Shown here piece after piece: positions 47,795 through 56,529 of a DNA stretch of 64,000 nt (position 1 is the stretch's first letter; every line of letters begins with the position of its first letter). This DNA comes from Pseudomonadota bacterium. Lineage in GTDB: Bacteria > Bdellovibrionota > Bdellovibrionia > Bdellovibrionales > SG-bin7. Below the pieces are notes generated by a model, which did not search any database, was not told the origin of the DNA, and saw only the letters and a program-made list of their open reading frames with translations. Position numbers and translations under genes: made by a program. The stretch lies in NCBI GenBank assembly GCA_034439715.1, contig JAWXAY010000043.1:1-64000 (forward strand), in the 5' to 3' direction.

Positions 47795-49462
47795 ATGTCT
47801 AGTGTGTCATCAAGTTCAGGTAAAAAATCGTACAATGAATCTGTCAAAAAAAATCAAGACAAAAAGTCCGAACAGCAAAATCAAGTAACCGCCAAACATA
47901 GAAAAGAAATTAAGAGTCTCTCGCAAAAATATTCTGAAGAAATGGAGATTTTAAAGGACCGACATCAACAAGAAATGACTCAGTTGAAAACCAGGGCAAA
48001 TGAGTCGATCAGTAAACGCGACCGTAAAAATACCGAGGAAATCTCTGATGTTCGCAATATCCACCGTCAACAACTTGAGAAAACGGCCAGAGAAAACGAA
48101 GAACGTGTCGAAGTCATGAAGAACCAATATCAAACTCAAAATGAAAAGCTCAAAAAAAGCACTGAAAAACAAATAGAGATTAAAGATAAAAATTATCAGA
48201 ATGTTGTGGACGAGAATCATAAGAGGTTTGAGGGCTACGCAGAATCCATGCGTGAAGGCATGCAAGACGGATTAGAGAATCAAAGAAATAAAATCGAAAA
48301 CAAGTATACCAAAGAAGTAAAGATTCTCATTGATGATCGAGACCAGCAGATGCAAAACGCCCAAGAAGGTAACCGTCGAATGCGAGTTGACAAAGATGGT
48401 GAAATCGCGCGTCTGGAGCAACTCAAAAGAGATCAAAAGGAAAATTTGGCCGAAGACTATGTGATCAAAGTGGGCGAAGAACGAAAACACCATGCTGCAG
48501 ACATTGAAAATAGGCGTGAGGTTTATAAGGAGTCCGTGGATCAATTACGTGAGCGCTACCGGCAGGCACTGGATAAAGAAAAAATTGAGAATGCCGAGAA
48601 TCAAGGCGGTTTTAAAAGAGGGGTTGAGGGTCGGCTGGGAGAACAAGTCAGAAATCTTGAGCGTCGGGTCAATCAAATGAAGTCAGATCACGCTGCCACT
48701 GAAATAGAATTAAAAAAAGGTTACGAAAAACAAAAACAAAATTTGAGAAATGCTTTTCAACTAAACGTTGAAGATTTTGAAAAACAAAGGGACGAGTCGG
48801 TAGATCTTTATAAAGAAGTTGCCCATAAAGATGTACTTAAATCAAAAAAGGAATTTGATAAATTACTAAAAATGAGTAACACCTATCACAGGGGAGAAAT
48901 CAATAGTACAAAGTCGCGGTCCGATGAAACTATTGAGCAAAAAAAAGAAGAATATGCCCACATGAAAGATCATCTCACTCAGAGAATGAACAAGCGGGTA
49001 GCCACAGTACAAACCGGCCTGCAGCTTGAAAACAAAAAGTCACAGGATTATTATAATGATTCTTTAGAGCAAATGAAGATGGAACAAAGCGACTCGCTAA
49101 CAGATGTCCGGGAGAAACTCACTAACGATAAAAAAGAGGTCGTAGGTCACTTACGACAGAGTTTACGAAAAAATGCCATGAAAAGTAACGAACAGTTGAT
49201 AGGCACGAAATTGGAGCTAGAAAAGAAGCTGCAAGGTATTGCCGACGATAATGAGCGCCGCCTGCGCTCACTGAAATGGGAAAGTGATCGCATACTCAAA
49301 GAGCAAGCTAAAGAAAGTAAAATGTCACTGGAGATGAAAGAACAGCAATATAAATCCAAAATAGTTCAGATGCAGGATGAATATAAGAAAAACGTTGACG
49401 TCATGAACAAAAACCATCAAGACGAAGTAACAAAACTTATTATCGGGCAAAAGAAAGTCTAA
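47795..49462 (+). CDS. Highly charged coiled-coil hypothetical protein
   Basis: 555 aa dominated by K/E/Q/R with no Pro; AAGGAGG RBS. Confidence 0.75.
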   Translation: MSSVSSSSGKKSYNESVKKNQDKKSEQQNQVTAKHRKEIKSLSQKYSEEMEILKDRHQQEMTQLKTRANESISKRDRKNTEEISDVRNIHRQQLEKTARENEERVEVMKNQYQTQNEKLKKSTEKQIEIKDKNYQNVVDENHKRFEGYAESMREGMQDGLENQRNKIENKYTKEVKILIDDRDQQMQNAQEGNRRMRVDKDGEIARLEQLKRDQKENLAEDYVIKVGEERKHHAADIENRREVYKESVDQLRERYRQALDKEKIENAENQGGFKRGVEGRLGEQVRNLERRVNQMKSDHAATEIELKKGYEKQKQNLRNAFQLNVEDFEKQRDESVDLYKEVAHKDVLKSKKEFDKLLKMSNTYHRGEINSTKSRSDETIEQKKEEYAHMKDHLTQRMNKRVATVQTGLQLENKKSQDYYNDSLEQMKMEQSDSLTDVREKLTNDKKEVVGHLRQSLRKNAMKSNEQLIGTKLELEKKLQGIADDNERRLRSLKWESDRILKEQAKESKMSLEMKEQQYKSKIVQMQDEYKKNVDVMNKNHQDEVTKLIIGQKKV

Positions 49463-49468
49463 AATTTA

Positions 49469-50941
49469 ATGATCTCCCAACGTCGAGTTAAAATAATAGC
49501 CACTGCGGGGCCATCGCTGGCCACTAAAGAGGCGCTTAAAAGTGCTGTTGAAGCTGGTCTCAATGTCATAAGACTTAATTTTAGCCATGGTACACATTTA
49601 GATCATTCAAAAACTATCACATGGGTCCGTGAGCTTTCTCGAGAGCTGGGATCACCACTAACAGTGCTGCAAGATCTCCAGGGACCAAAAATTCGTGTGA
49701 CCAAATTTAAAGATGGTTTTATAAACCTCAATCCGGGACAAAATGTATCACTAGTTCCCGGTTTGGGCGTAGGGGATAACCAGAATCTAGGAATTGATTT
49801 TCTGAAAGTAGGGCAGAGTGTAAAGCCAGGCACCAAAATTTTATTGGATGATGGGCTGATTGAGTTGGTCGTGATAGCGGTCAATAGCGACGTGGTTTCG
49901 TGTCAAGTTATTGCGGGGGGAGTTCTTAAGGATCGAAAGGGAGTTAACATTCCGGGAGCCTATTTGCCCATCGAGTGTCTTACTGAGAAGGACTTGCTTG
50001 ATTTGGATTTTGGTTTGTCTCAGGGCGTAGATTATGTCGCATTAAGCTTTGCCCGACGCGGAGACGACATCATTAAGCTGCGAGATCTCATTGATAGAAA
50101 GCGTCCTGATACCCGAATTATTGCAAAAATTGAAATGCTAGAGGCCTTAGAGAATCTTAAAGAGATCATAGAGCTGAGCGATGGCATAATGGTGGCTCGA
50201 GGTGACCTCGCCGTCGAAGCCGGCCAAGAGCGTCTTCCGGGCATTCAAAAACAAATTATTAAGATGTGTAATGAATTTGGAAAACCCGTTATTACGGCTA
50301 CTCAAATGCTCGAGAGCATGGTTACTAAACCCAGTCCTACGCGGGCAGAGATTACAGATGTCGCCAATGCCGTACTTGATGGCTCCGATGCTTTAATGCT
50401 TTCAGCCGAAACAGCGAGCGGAGCGCACCCCTCAAAATGTATAAAGGTCATGAATGATATTATTATCGAAGTTGAAAAAGATTCTGACTATTATCACATC
50501 GATTATGACATTGGCGGAAATTTTTTGGCTTACGCTGACTCCATTAGTGCCAGCGCTTGTTTGTCAGCCCGAAAATTAAATGCCAAGGCTATTATCTGCC
50601 TAAGTACTTCTGGGAAAACAGCCGTTCGCATTTCGACTTATCGACCCAAAGCACATATTATTGCAGTTTCAGAGCTTCAGGAGGCCCTTAATCGCTTGGC
50701 GCTGGTGTGGGGCGCAAGGAGTTTAAAAATTAATCCTTATGCTGATTCCGAAGAGGCGTTTGCAGAAATCGAAGCTTCACTTTTAAAATACGACGTCGTA
50801 AAACCTGGCGACACAGTTATTTTTACTCTAGGCATGCCTGTCGGTTCCAAGGCTAAAACAAATAGCTTAAAAATTCTCACTATTAGTGACCGGGATGTTA
50901 AACCTCTGCCGGCATCAGAGCTTCCACTAGGGTTTCGGTAG
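49469..50941 (+). CDS. pyk: Pyruvate kinase
   Basis: RLNFSHG, DLQGPKIR, IIAKIE, MVARGDL, ATQMLESM, DALMLSAETA. Confidence 0.97.
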   Translation: MISQRRVKIIATAGPSLATKEALKSAVEAGLNVIRLNFSHGTHLDHSKTITWVRELSRELGSPLTVLQDLQGPKIRVTKFKDGFINLNPGQNVSLVPGLGVGDNQNLGIDFLKVGQSVKPGTKILLDDGLIELVVIAVNSDVVSCQVIAGGVLKDRKGVNIPGAYLPIECLTEKDLLDLDFGLSQGVDYVALSFARRGDDIIKLRDLIDRKRPDTRIIAKIEMLEALENLKEIIELSDGIMVARGDLAVEAGQERLPGIQKQIIKMCNEFGKPVITATQMLESMVTKPSPTRAEITDVANAVLDGSDALMLSAETASGAHPSKCIKVMNDIIIEVEKDSDYYHIDYDIGGNFLAYADSISASACLSARKLNAKAIICLSTSGKTAVRISTYRPKAHIIAVSELQEALNRLALVWGARSLKINPYADSEEAFAEIEASLLKYDVVKPGDTVIFTLGMPVGSKAKTNSLKILTISDRDVKPLPASELPLGFR

Positions 50942-50949
50942 CCCATAAC

Positions 50950-51936
50950 CTACTTCTTAATTTTTTTGAGGGAATAAATTATTTGCCAATAGGGGTAGAT
51001 AGTTTCAAGGTCAGCAACTTTAAGTTTAGTTAAGATCTCGCCATTATTTGACTGCATTTTTTCGTTGAGAAGACCTTTTTCGATGAGGGGATTAGCTTCT
51101 TCGAGGCGAATTACTTGGCCAAAAGTAGCCATGGACTCATTTTGCATTTTGGTGAGAGATACCGTCGAGAAACCCTTGTCATCAATCGGTGACTGTTTGG
51201 CCAATTGAATCAAGGCTCTCAAAATCAATAGCTCTCTCTCTTCGATGGTAACGCGTTTTTTTTCTTCAACAAAAAGATAGTCATTGTAGAAATCAGTCAG
51301 ATTTCCCAGCATATTGAGGTTTTTAATGATCACGCGCTGGCGCCCTTCTCCGAGATCTTGAATTATTGCGTAGCCCAACTCTTGTAAGGCTTCTATAAGT
51401 CTTTGCATTTTTGCTGTGGGCTGCTGAAATATCTGAATCGTATATTTTCTAAGAACACCACTGGGGACGATAACTCCCTCGGGGTCGGGCTCACCATACT
51501 TCGTGCCAATGAGATGTAATATGGCTAAATAGCGAGTGATGGTGTGGGCGTCAAAAACTTCTTTTTCGTGCGTGGTGGTATTTTCAAGATTTTTTATTCT
51601 TTGATTGGCCTCACGTAAATGTTGATTGATGGTTTTCACCATCACCTTTAGCCACTCCGGAAACTTTTTAAACTGAGCATTAAGCGCTACAAAGGGAAGT
51701 GCAATTACTTCAGCATCGCCGTGGGCTCTGGCACCGGCGCTTCGGGGTTTATTGTCAAAAAAAGCCATCTCGCCGAGCATTGAACCCGGTCCAAGTTCCG
51801 CCAAAATTATTTCTGAATTTCCCTTAGATTTTGTGATTATAATTTTACCAGATTTCACAACATACGCGGAGTCCGAGGCGTCGCCCTCGCGAAAAAGAAA
51901 CTGCTTGTTTAGGATCTTTTTTGAACCTGCTGACAT
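50950..51936 (-). CDS. Cyclic nucleotide-binding (Crp/Fnr-like) protein
   Basis: LFREGD, LGEMAFFDNKPRSA. Confidence 0.85.
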   Translation of the reverse strand: MSAGSKKILNKQFLFREGDASDSAYVVKSGKIIITKSKGNSEIILAELGPGSMLGEMAFFDNKPRSAGARAHGDAEVIALPFVALNAQFKKFPEWLKVMVKTINQHLREANQRIKNLENTTTHEKEVFDAHTITRYLAILHLIGTKYGEPDPEGVIVPSGVLRKYTIQIFQQPTAKMQRLIEALQELGYAIIQDLGEGRQRVIIKNLNMLGNLTDFYNDYLFVEEKKRVTIEERELLILRALIQLAKQSPIDDKGFSTVSLTKMQNESMATFGQVIRLEEANPLIEKGLLNEKMQSNNGEILTKLKVADLETIYPYWQIIYSLKKIKK

Positions 51937-52055
51937 TTCAATAGTACTTGTCGGACGAATTTATGTGAAATTGCACTGGACTAAAGGTTATTATGTTTCG
52001 ATATAGGATAAGGCTTTTCCATATATGTAAAGAAAAAGTCTGTATCTTAGTCTGG

Positions 52056-52754
52056 TTAGGTTTTGCGCTTTTTTCGATATTGCATATTGAGAACCTCAAT
52101 CAATAAAGAAAAGAACATAGCAAAATAAATATATCCTTTACCAATATGCCCACCCATACCTTCGATAACGAGCATAACACCGATAAGTAATAAAAATGAA
52201 AGCGCCAGAATTTTTATAGTAGGATGCTTGTCAACAAAGTCGGTGATGCTCTTTGCTGAGACCAACATAACAATCATCGCAACAACCATGGCTATGACCA
52301 TGACTGAGATGTTTTGAGCCATGCCCACAGCAGTAATTACCGAATCTAAAGAGAAAACAATGTCCAACAAAAGGATCTGAAAAAGAATATATCTGTGCTT
52401 ACCAGCGGCCTTGGCCGCGTCGTCAGAATTACTATCGTCGCCCTCAATTTTATGATGAATTTCTGTGGTAGATTTAAAAATAAGAAATAAACCCCCTAAA
52501 AGTAATATTATATCTCGGCCACTAAAAGTATGCTCAAACATCGAAAACCAGGGGTCCTTTAAACTCATGATCCAAGTGATAGAAAAAAGCAATGCAATGC
52601 GAATTATTAGGGCCAGTGAAATACCAAGTGACCTCATGCGATTCTGTTTTTCGATGGGCAAGCGAGCCACAAGGATGGCAATAAAAACTATATTGTCGAT
52701 GCCTAAAATAATTTCCATGGCAGTCAGAGTTAGAAGTGCTGTTACAAATTCCAT
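52056..52754 (-). CDS. TerC family membrane protein
   Basis: MEIILGIDN, GGLFLIFKSTTEIH, DIVFSLDSVITAVG. Confidence 0.93.
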   Translation of the reverse strand: MEFVTALLTLTAMEIILGIDNIVFIAILVARLPIEKQNRMRSLGISLALIIRIALLFSITWIMSLKDPWFSMFEHTFSGRDIILLLGGLFLIFKSTTEIHHKIEGDDSNSDDAAKAAGKHRYILFQILLLDIVFSLDSVITAVGMAQNISVMVIAMVVAMIVMLVSAKSITDFVDKHPTIKILALSFLLLIGVMLVIEGMGGHIGKGYIYFAMFFSLLIEVLNMQYRKKRKT

Positions 52755-52827
52755 ATTGCTATTTACCCGCCTTGTGAAGTATTTTAGTCGTTGTTAGACT
52801 GTTCGTAAAGGTTTTTGGAGGTTAAAA

Positions 52828-54090
52828 GTGGTCGTTTTATTAGCATTGATGTTTTCTCAGTTAAGTTTTTCATCAGAGAATCTATTTAAACTTTATAAAG
52901 ACCTTCACGCCAATCCCGAGCTTTCTTGGTCGGAAGAAAAAACTTCAGCTCGAATGGCTGAAGAATTAAAAAAAATAGGTTTTGAAGTCACAACTCAGGT
53001 TGGTAAAAGGGGAGTTGTGGGTGTTTTAAAAAACGGCAAAGGACCGACTCTGCTTATTCGCACCGACATGGACGCTCTGCCGGTCGAAGAAAATACGGGT
53101 TTTTCATTTGCAAGCCGGGTAAAAGCTAAAAACTCAAAGGGAGAAGAAGTGTCAGTCATGCATGCCTGCGGACATGATATTCATATGACGGTTTTTATTG
53201 GCACGGCCCAAATTATGATGAATTCAAAATCCCAATGGAAGGGCACGTTGGTTATGATGGCGCAGCCGGCAGAGGAACTGGGGCAAGGGGCGACGGCGAT
53301 GTTAAAAGATGGTCTATTTAAAAAATTTCCAACACCCCAGTTTGCACTCGCACTTCATGTAAAATCTGACGCCAAAGCGGGGCACATTGCTTACCGGTCT
53401 GGCTTTGCCATGGCTAATGTGGATTCCATCGATATCACGGTTAAAGGAATTGGTGGGCATGGGGCCTACCCACACAAAACCAAAGACCCTATTGTATTGG
53501 CGTCGCAAATTGTTCTAGCGCTTCAAACAATTGTGAGCCGCGAAGTATCGCCGCTCGATAACGCGGTCGTTACGGTCGGCGCCATCCATGCGGGTACAAA
53601 AAATAATATTATCCCTGATAGTGCCCACCTCAAGATCACGGTTCGCACCTATAAGGACGAGGTGAGGAGTCACATTCTCAAAAGTATCAAGCGTATTACT
53701 TTCGGTCTCTCTGAGGCCGCGGGTATTCCTAAGGAGTTAGAGCCTGAGATAAAAGAGTCCGAAGAGTACACGCCAGCTACTTATAATGACCCTGGACTAA
53801 TGAATAGGATAGTTCTTAGTTTTAAGAAAGTTATGCCTGAAAAAAATATTTTTGAGACTGAGCCAGTGATGGGTGGTGAAGACTTTGGCCAATTGGGTCG
53901 CACGGAACCCAAAATACCTATTGCGATGTTTATGTTGGGAGCAGCTCCACACAAAATGTATGAGGAATATCATAAGAAGAAACAGCCGCTTCCGTCACTT
54001 CATTCAAGTACGTTCACACCCGACTGGGAAACCGCAATTCCTGCCGGAGTAAAGGCCATGACTGCAGCGGCACTGGACCTTTTGCAGTAG
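52828..54090 (+). CDS. M20 family amidohydrolase with signal peptide
   Basis: HANPELS, RTDMDALP, MHACGHD, QPAEE, GGHGAYPH, GGEDF. Confidence 0.92.
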   Translation: MVVLLALMFSQLSFSSENLFKLYKDLHANPELSWSEEKTSARMAEELKKIGFEVTTQVGKRGVVGVLKNGKGPTLLIRTDMDALPVEENTGFSFASRVKAKNSKGEEVSVMHACGHDIHMTVFIGTAQIMMNSKSQWKGTLVMMAQPAEELGQGATAMLKDGLFKKFPTPQFALALHVKSDAKAGHIAYRSGFAMANVDSIDITVKGIGGHGAYPHKTKDPIVLASQIVLALQTIVSREVSPLDNAVVTVGAIHAGTKNNIIPDSAHLKITVRTYKDEVRSHILKSIKRITFGLSEAAGIPKELEPEIKESEEYTPATYNDPGLMNRIVLSFKKVMPEKNIFETEPVMGGEDFGQLGRTEPKIPIAMFMLGAAPHKMYEEYHKKKQPLPSLHSSTFTPDWETAIPAGVKAMTAAALDLLQ

Positions 54091-54092
54091 TA

Positions 54093-54120
54093 TTGAAATT
54101 GTTCGTCGATTTGCCGAAAA
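54093..54120 (+). promoter_or_regulatory. Sigma28 (FliA)-like promoter
   Basis: TTGAA-N15-GCCGAAAA, 8 nt before ATG 54129. Confidence 0.45.
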
Positions 54121-54128
54121 GCTAGGTA

Positions 54129-54518
54129 ATGAGATCATACCATGCTTTTTTAGTTATTTTTTTGAGTTTTCTCATCGGTGTTGCTTATGCTACGACGTCA
54201 AAGAAGAATTCGGATTTGGCCCCTCGAAATAAGTGGCAGGCTTATATAAGTAAAAATTTAAATAGCGCATTTTGCCATGACGGCGGTTATTTTCGAACTT
54301 GCTTTCCGATTGATATTAAAGAATGTAGCACCACCGTTAAAAAACTTTCAAAATTCTGTCTTTCTTCGATGCGCCTTCCTGACCAAATTGATATGAATCA
54401 GCATGGAATTTATTTTGGCAGTAAAATTGGCTACTGCGTAGGGCAAAAACTGGAATTAAACTTAAATCATCGCAAGGTTAACAACCCTAAGTGCGTTGAT
54501 CCCAGGAAGTGGCTATGA
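54129..54518 (+). CDS. Small secreted 6-Cys hypothetical protein
   Basis: Signal ending AYA; FCHDGGYFRTCF. Confidence 0.7.
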   Translation: MRSYHAFLVIFLSFLIGVAYATTSKKNSDLAPRNKWQAYISKNLNSAFCHDGGYFRTCFPIDIKECSTTVKKLSKFCLSSMRLPDQIDMNQHGIYFGSKIGYCVGQKLELNLNHRKVNNPKCVDPRKWL

Positions 54519-56488
54519 TAATTATTTTGTTCCTAGCCATGTTGTTTTCTACTTTGGGCTATAGTGAAGAATGCAAAGTGACGTCCGAGCAGTTAGCCGA
54601 ATTGCAAAGAATCTCCAATTGTGCACTTTCACCGAATTATCGTGAGTGTTCGATGAAATCAGGAATAGGTGTAGATGGCAATTCGATAGGTGCTAGTCAA
54701 GGTCGGCTTTTGGGAGTCAATTCGGCCGTCGAAGTATCTCAGCAACTAACTCAGCAGAAAAAAAAACGAAAAACGGCATCTTTATTTTTGTTCAGCTGGC
54801 AGTTTGCCTTGGCGCAGAGGTTTGATGACGATTTTACCTCCAAGGTAAATTCGCTTGCAGAAGTGACGGAAACTTCTATTAGCAACAAGATTGCAGAAAG
54901 CAATCAGACTATAAGAAGACTCGACGAGAGCGCATTTAAAATTAGGGTTGAAGCCATCGAGTCTGCTCGAGAAAAGGCTTTAGCTGATTTTTTAGCTAAA
55001 AATAAAGGAGCTTCGACTTATGGTATGCTAGATATCCGAGTGGAAGAATTAAAAGCTGTACCGCTAACAGACGTGGGAAAAAGAAACCAGGCATGGGTTG
55101 AGATTAGTCAGTTTTCAAGAGAGAATTTCAAGGATGCGGATTCATTTATAGAAAAAATAAAATACAACAGATATCATTCAACCGACCTCAACATTGCGAA
55201 CGATTCCGCCTTTCTCAATGACCAGTTAAGTAAAGGCGGGTTGAGCGACGCCGCCAAAAAAGAGGCTCAAGAAGTTTTAGCCGCACGGGAGATAACGTCA
55301 AAAAATCTCGGACTATTAAAAATGCAAGCCGATGCCAATAAAGCTTTTTTGAGGGGAAGTTCTGGAAGACTCAACACAGATGTCAAAGATCGACAATTGG
55401 TAAAAGCTTGGATGGAAAACATCGTAGTTTTGCATGAAGACAAGCCCAGCAACTCAGTTGTAAAAATTTATGACATTGTGAACCCCGGTAGCGAGTTTTC
55501 AAAACCTGAAGAAAGAGCCAAAAAGCTGGTGGAGCAAGGTAAAAAAATCGCTGAAGCCGAAGGTCGCGCCCTTGAAGCGCAAGAGATCGAAAAAGCAAAA
55601 AAAATTGCTGGTAAGGCTGCACAAAAATATGGACTGAAGGCCTTGGCCTATGTCAGCGTAGGTCCCCTAGGCGCAGCCCTGGCGTTAAAAGATAATGTGG
55701 CAATGGCCCATGAAATTGTCTCGGGCGAACTAGCATGCGGCATTATTAAGGAGAAGTTTACTCCTTACAAACGAGGGAATTCCGACAATGATTGTGTCCC
55801 GACCCCCGATATTCTTGATACTGATTACAACGAATTTTTGAATCTAGGAGACTTTCGTATACAAAAAGTAATTTTAGAAAGAAGCCCCGATCTCTGTGCC
55901 ATCACTGGTAAAATGGCGAAGATGTACAACCCCACCGATTGGACACTCACTTGCACCAACGAAGGGTTTGAAGCCATTAATGCCATCACTCAGGTAAAAT
56001 CCAAAGTATTTTTAGATTCAAAAACGGGCCTGCCTAACAAGGCTACTTTTGAGGGTGACGAAGATTTTATAGAAAATGGGAGGAGTGCTTTTTCATTTGA
56101 TAAAGGAGAAGTTCAAAAAATCTGCATCCGAGTAGAGGGAAAATTTAACTCTGCCGTTAGGGGTATTGCGAACTGGGCAGAAGGAGACGTGGACAAACGT
56201 TTCTGTCATCCTAGTTACAATTCTGAAATTGCTTTTGATTCTACTTTATCGGCAGGTGGCCTTTTTGATAAACCGGATCTCAGCTATGCTGAAGATCAAG
56301 AAACGGCAAAAAAACCTGGTGAACAGGGAATCAAATATTTAAAAACCAACACCTTTGCTTTTAGTGAAATGGGGCAATGCTGCTCAAAAGCGAGCACGAC
56401 ATATAGTATCGATCGCTGCAATGAATACACGCGAAAGGCCATGAAAGCCCGAATCCAATCAGAACCCAATCGTGACGTTACCCACTAG
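54509..56488 (+). CDS. Large secreted hypothetical protein (Cys-rich ends, helical core)
   Basis: Signal peptide; start may be ATG 54515, overlapping the upstream stop. Confidence 0.7.
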   Translation: MAMIIILFLAMLFSTLGYSEECKVTSEQLAELQRISNCALSPNYRECSMKSGIGVDGNSIGASQGRLLGVNSAVEVSQQLTQQKKKRKTASLFLFSWQFALAQRFDDDFTSKVNSLAEVTETSISNKIAESNQTIRRLDESAFKIRVEAIESAREKALADFLAKNKGASTYGMLDIRVEELKAVPLTDVGKRNQAWVEISQFSRENFKDADSFIEKIKYNRYHSTDLNIANDSAFLNDQLSKGGLSDAAKKEAQEVLAAREITSKNLGLLKMQADANKAFLRGSSGRLNTDVKDRQLVKAWMENIVVLHEDKPSNSVVKIYDIVNPGSEFSKPEERAKKLVEQGKKIAEAEGRALEAQEIEKAKKIAGKAAQKYGLKALAYVSVGPLGAALALKDNVAMAHEIVSGELACGIIKEKFTPYKRGNSDNDCVPTPDILDTDYNEFLNLGDFRIQKVILERSPDLCAITGKMAKMYNPTDWTLTCTNEGFEAINAITQVKSKVFLDSKTGLPNKATFEGDEDFIENGRSAFSFDKGEVQKICIRVEGKFNSAVRGIANWAEGDVDKRFCHPSYNSEIAFDSTLSAGGLFDKPDLSYAEDQETAKKPGEQGIKYLKTNTFAFSEMGQCCSKASTTYSIDRCNEYTRKAMKARIQSEPNRDVTH

Positions 56489-56529
56489 GTATTCTTGCCC
56501 TTTAGGTTCTGTTATGATTTCATAGGTTA

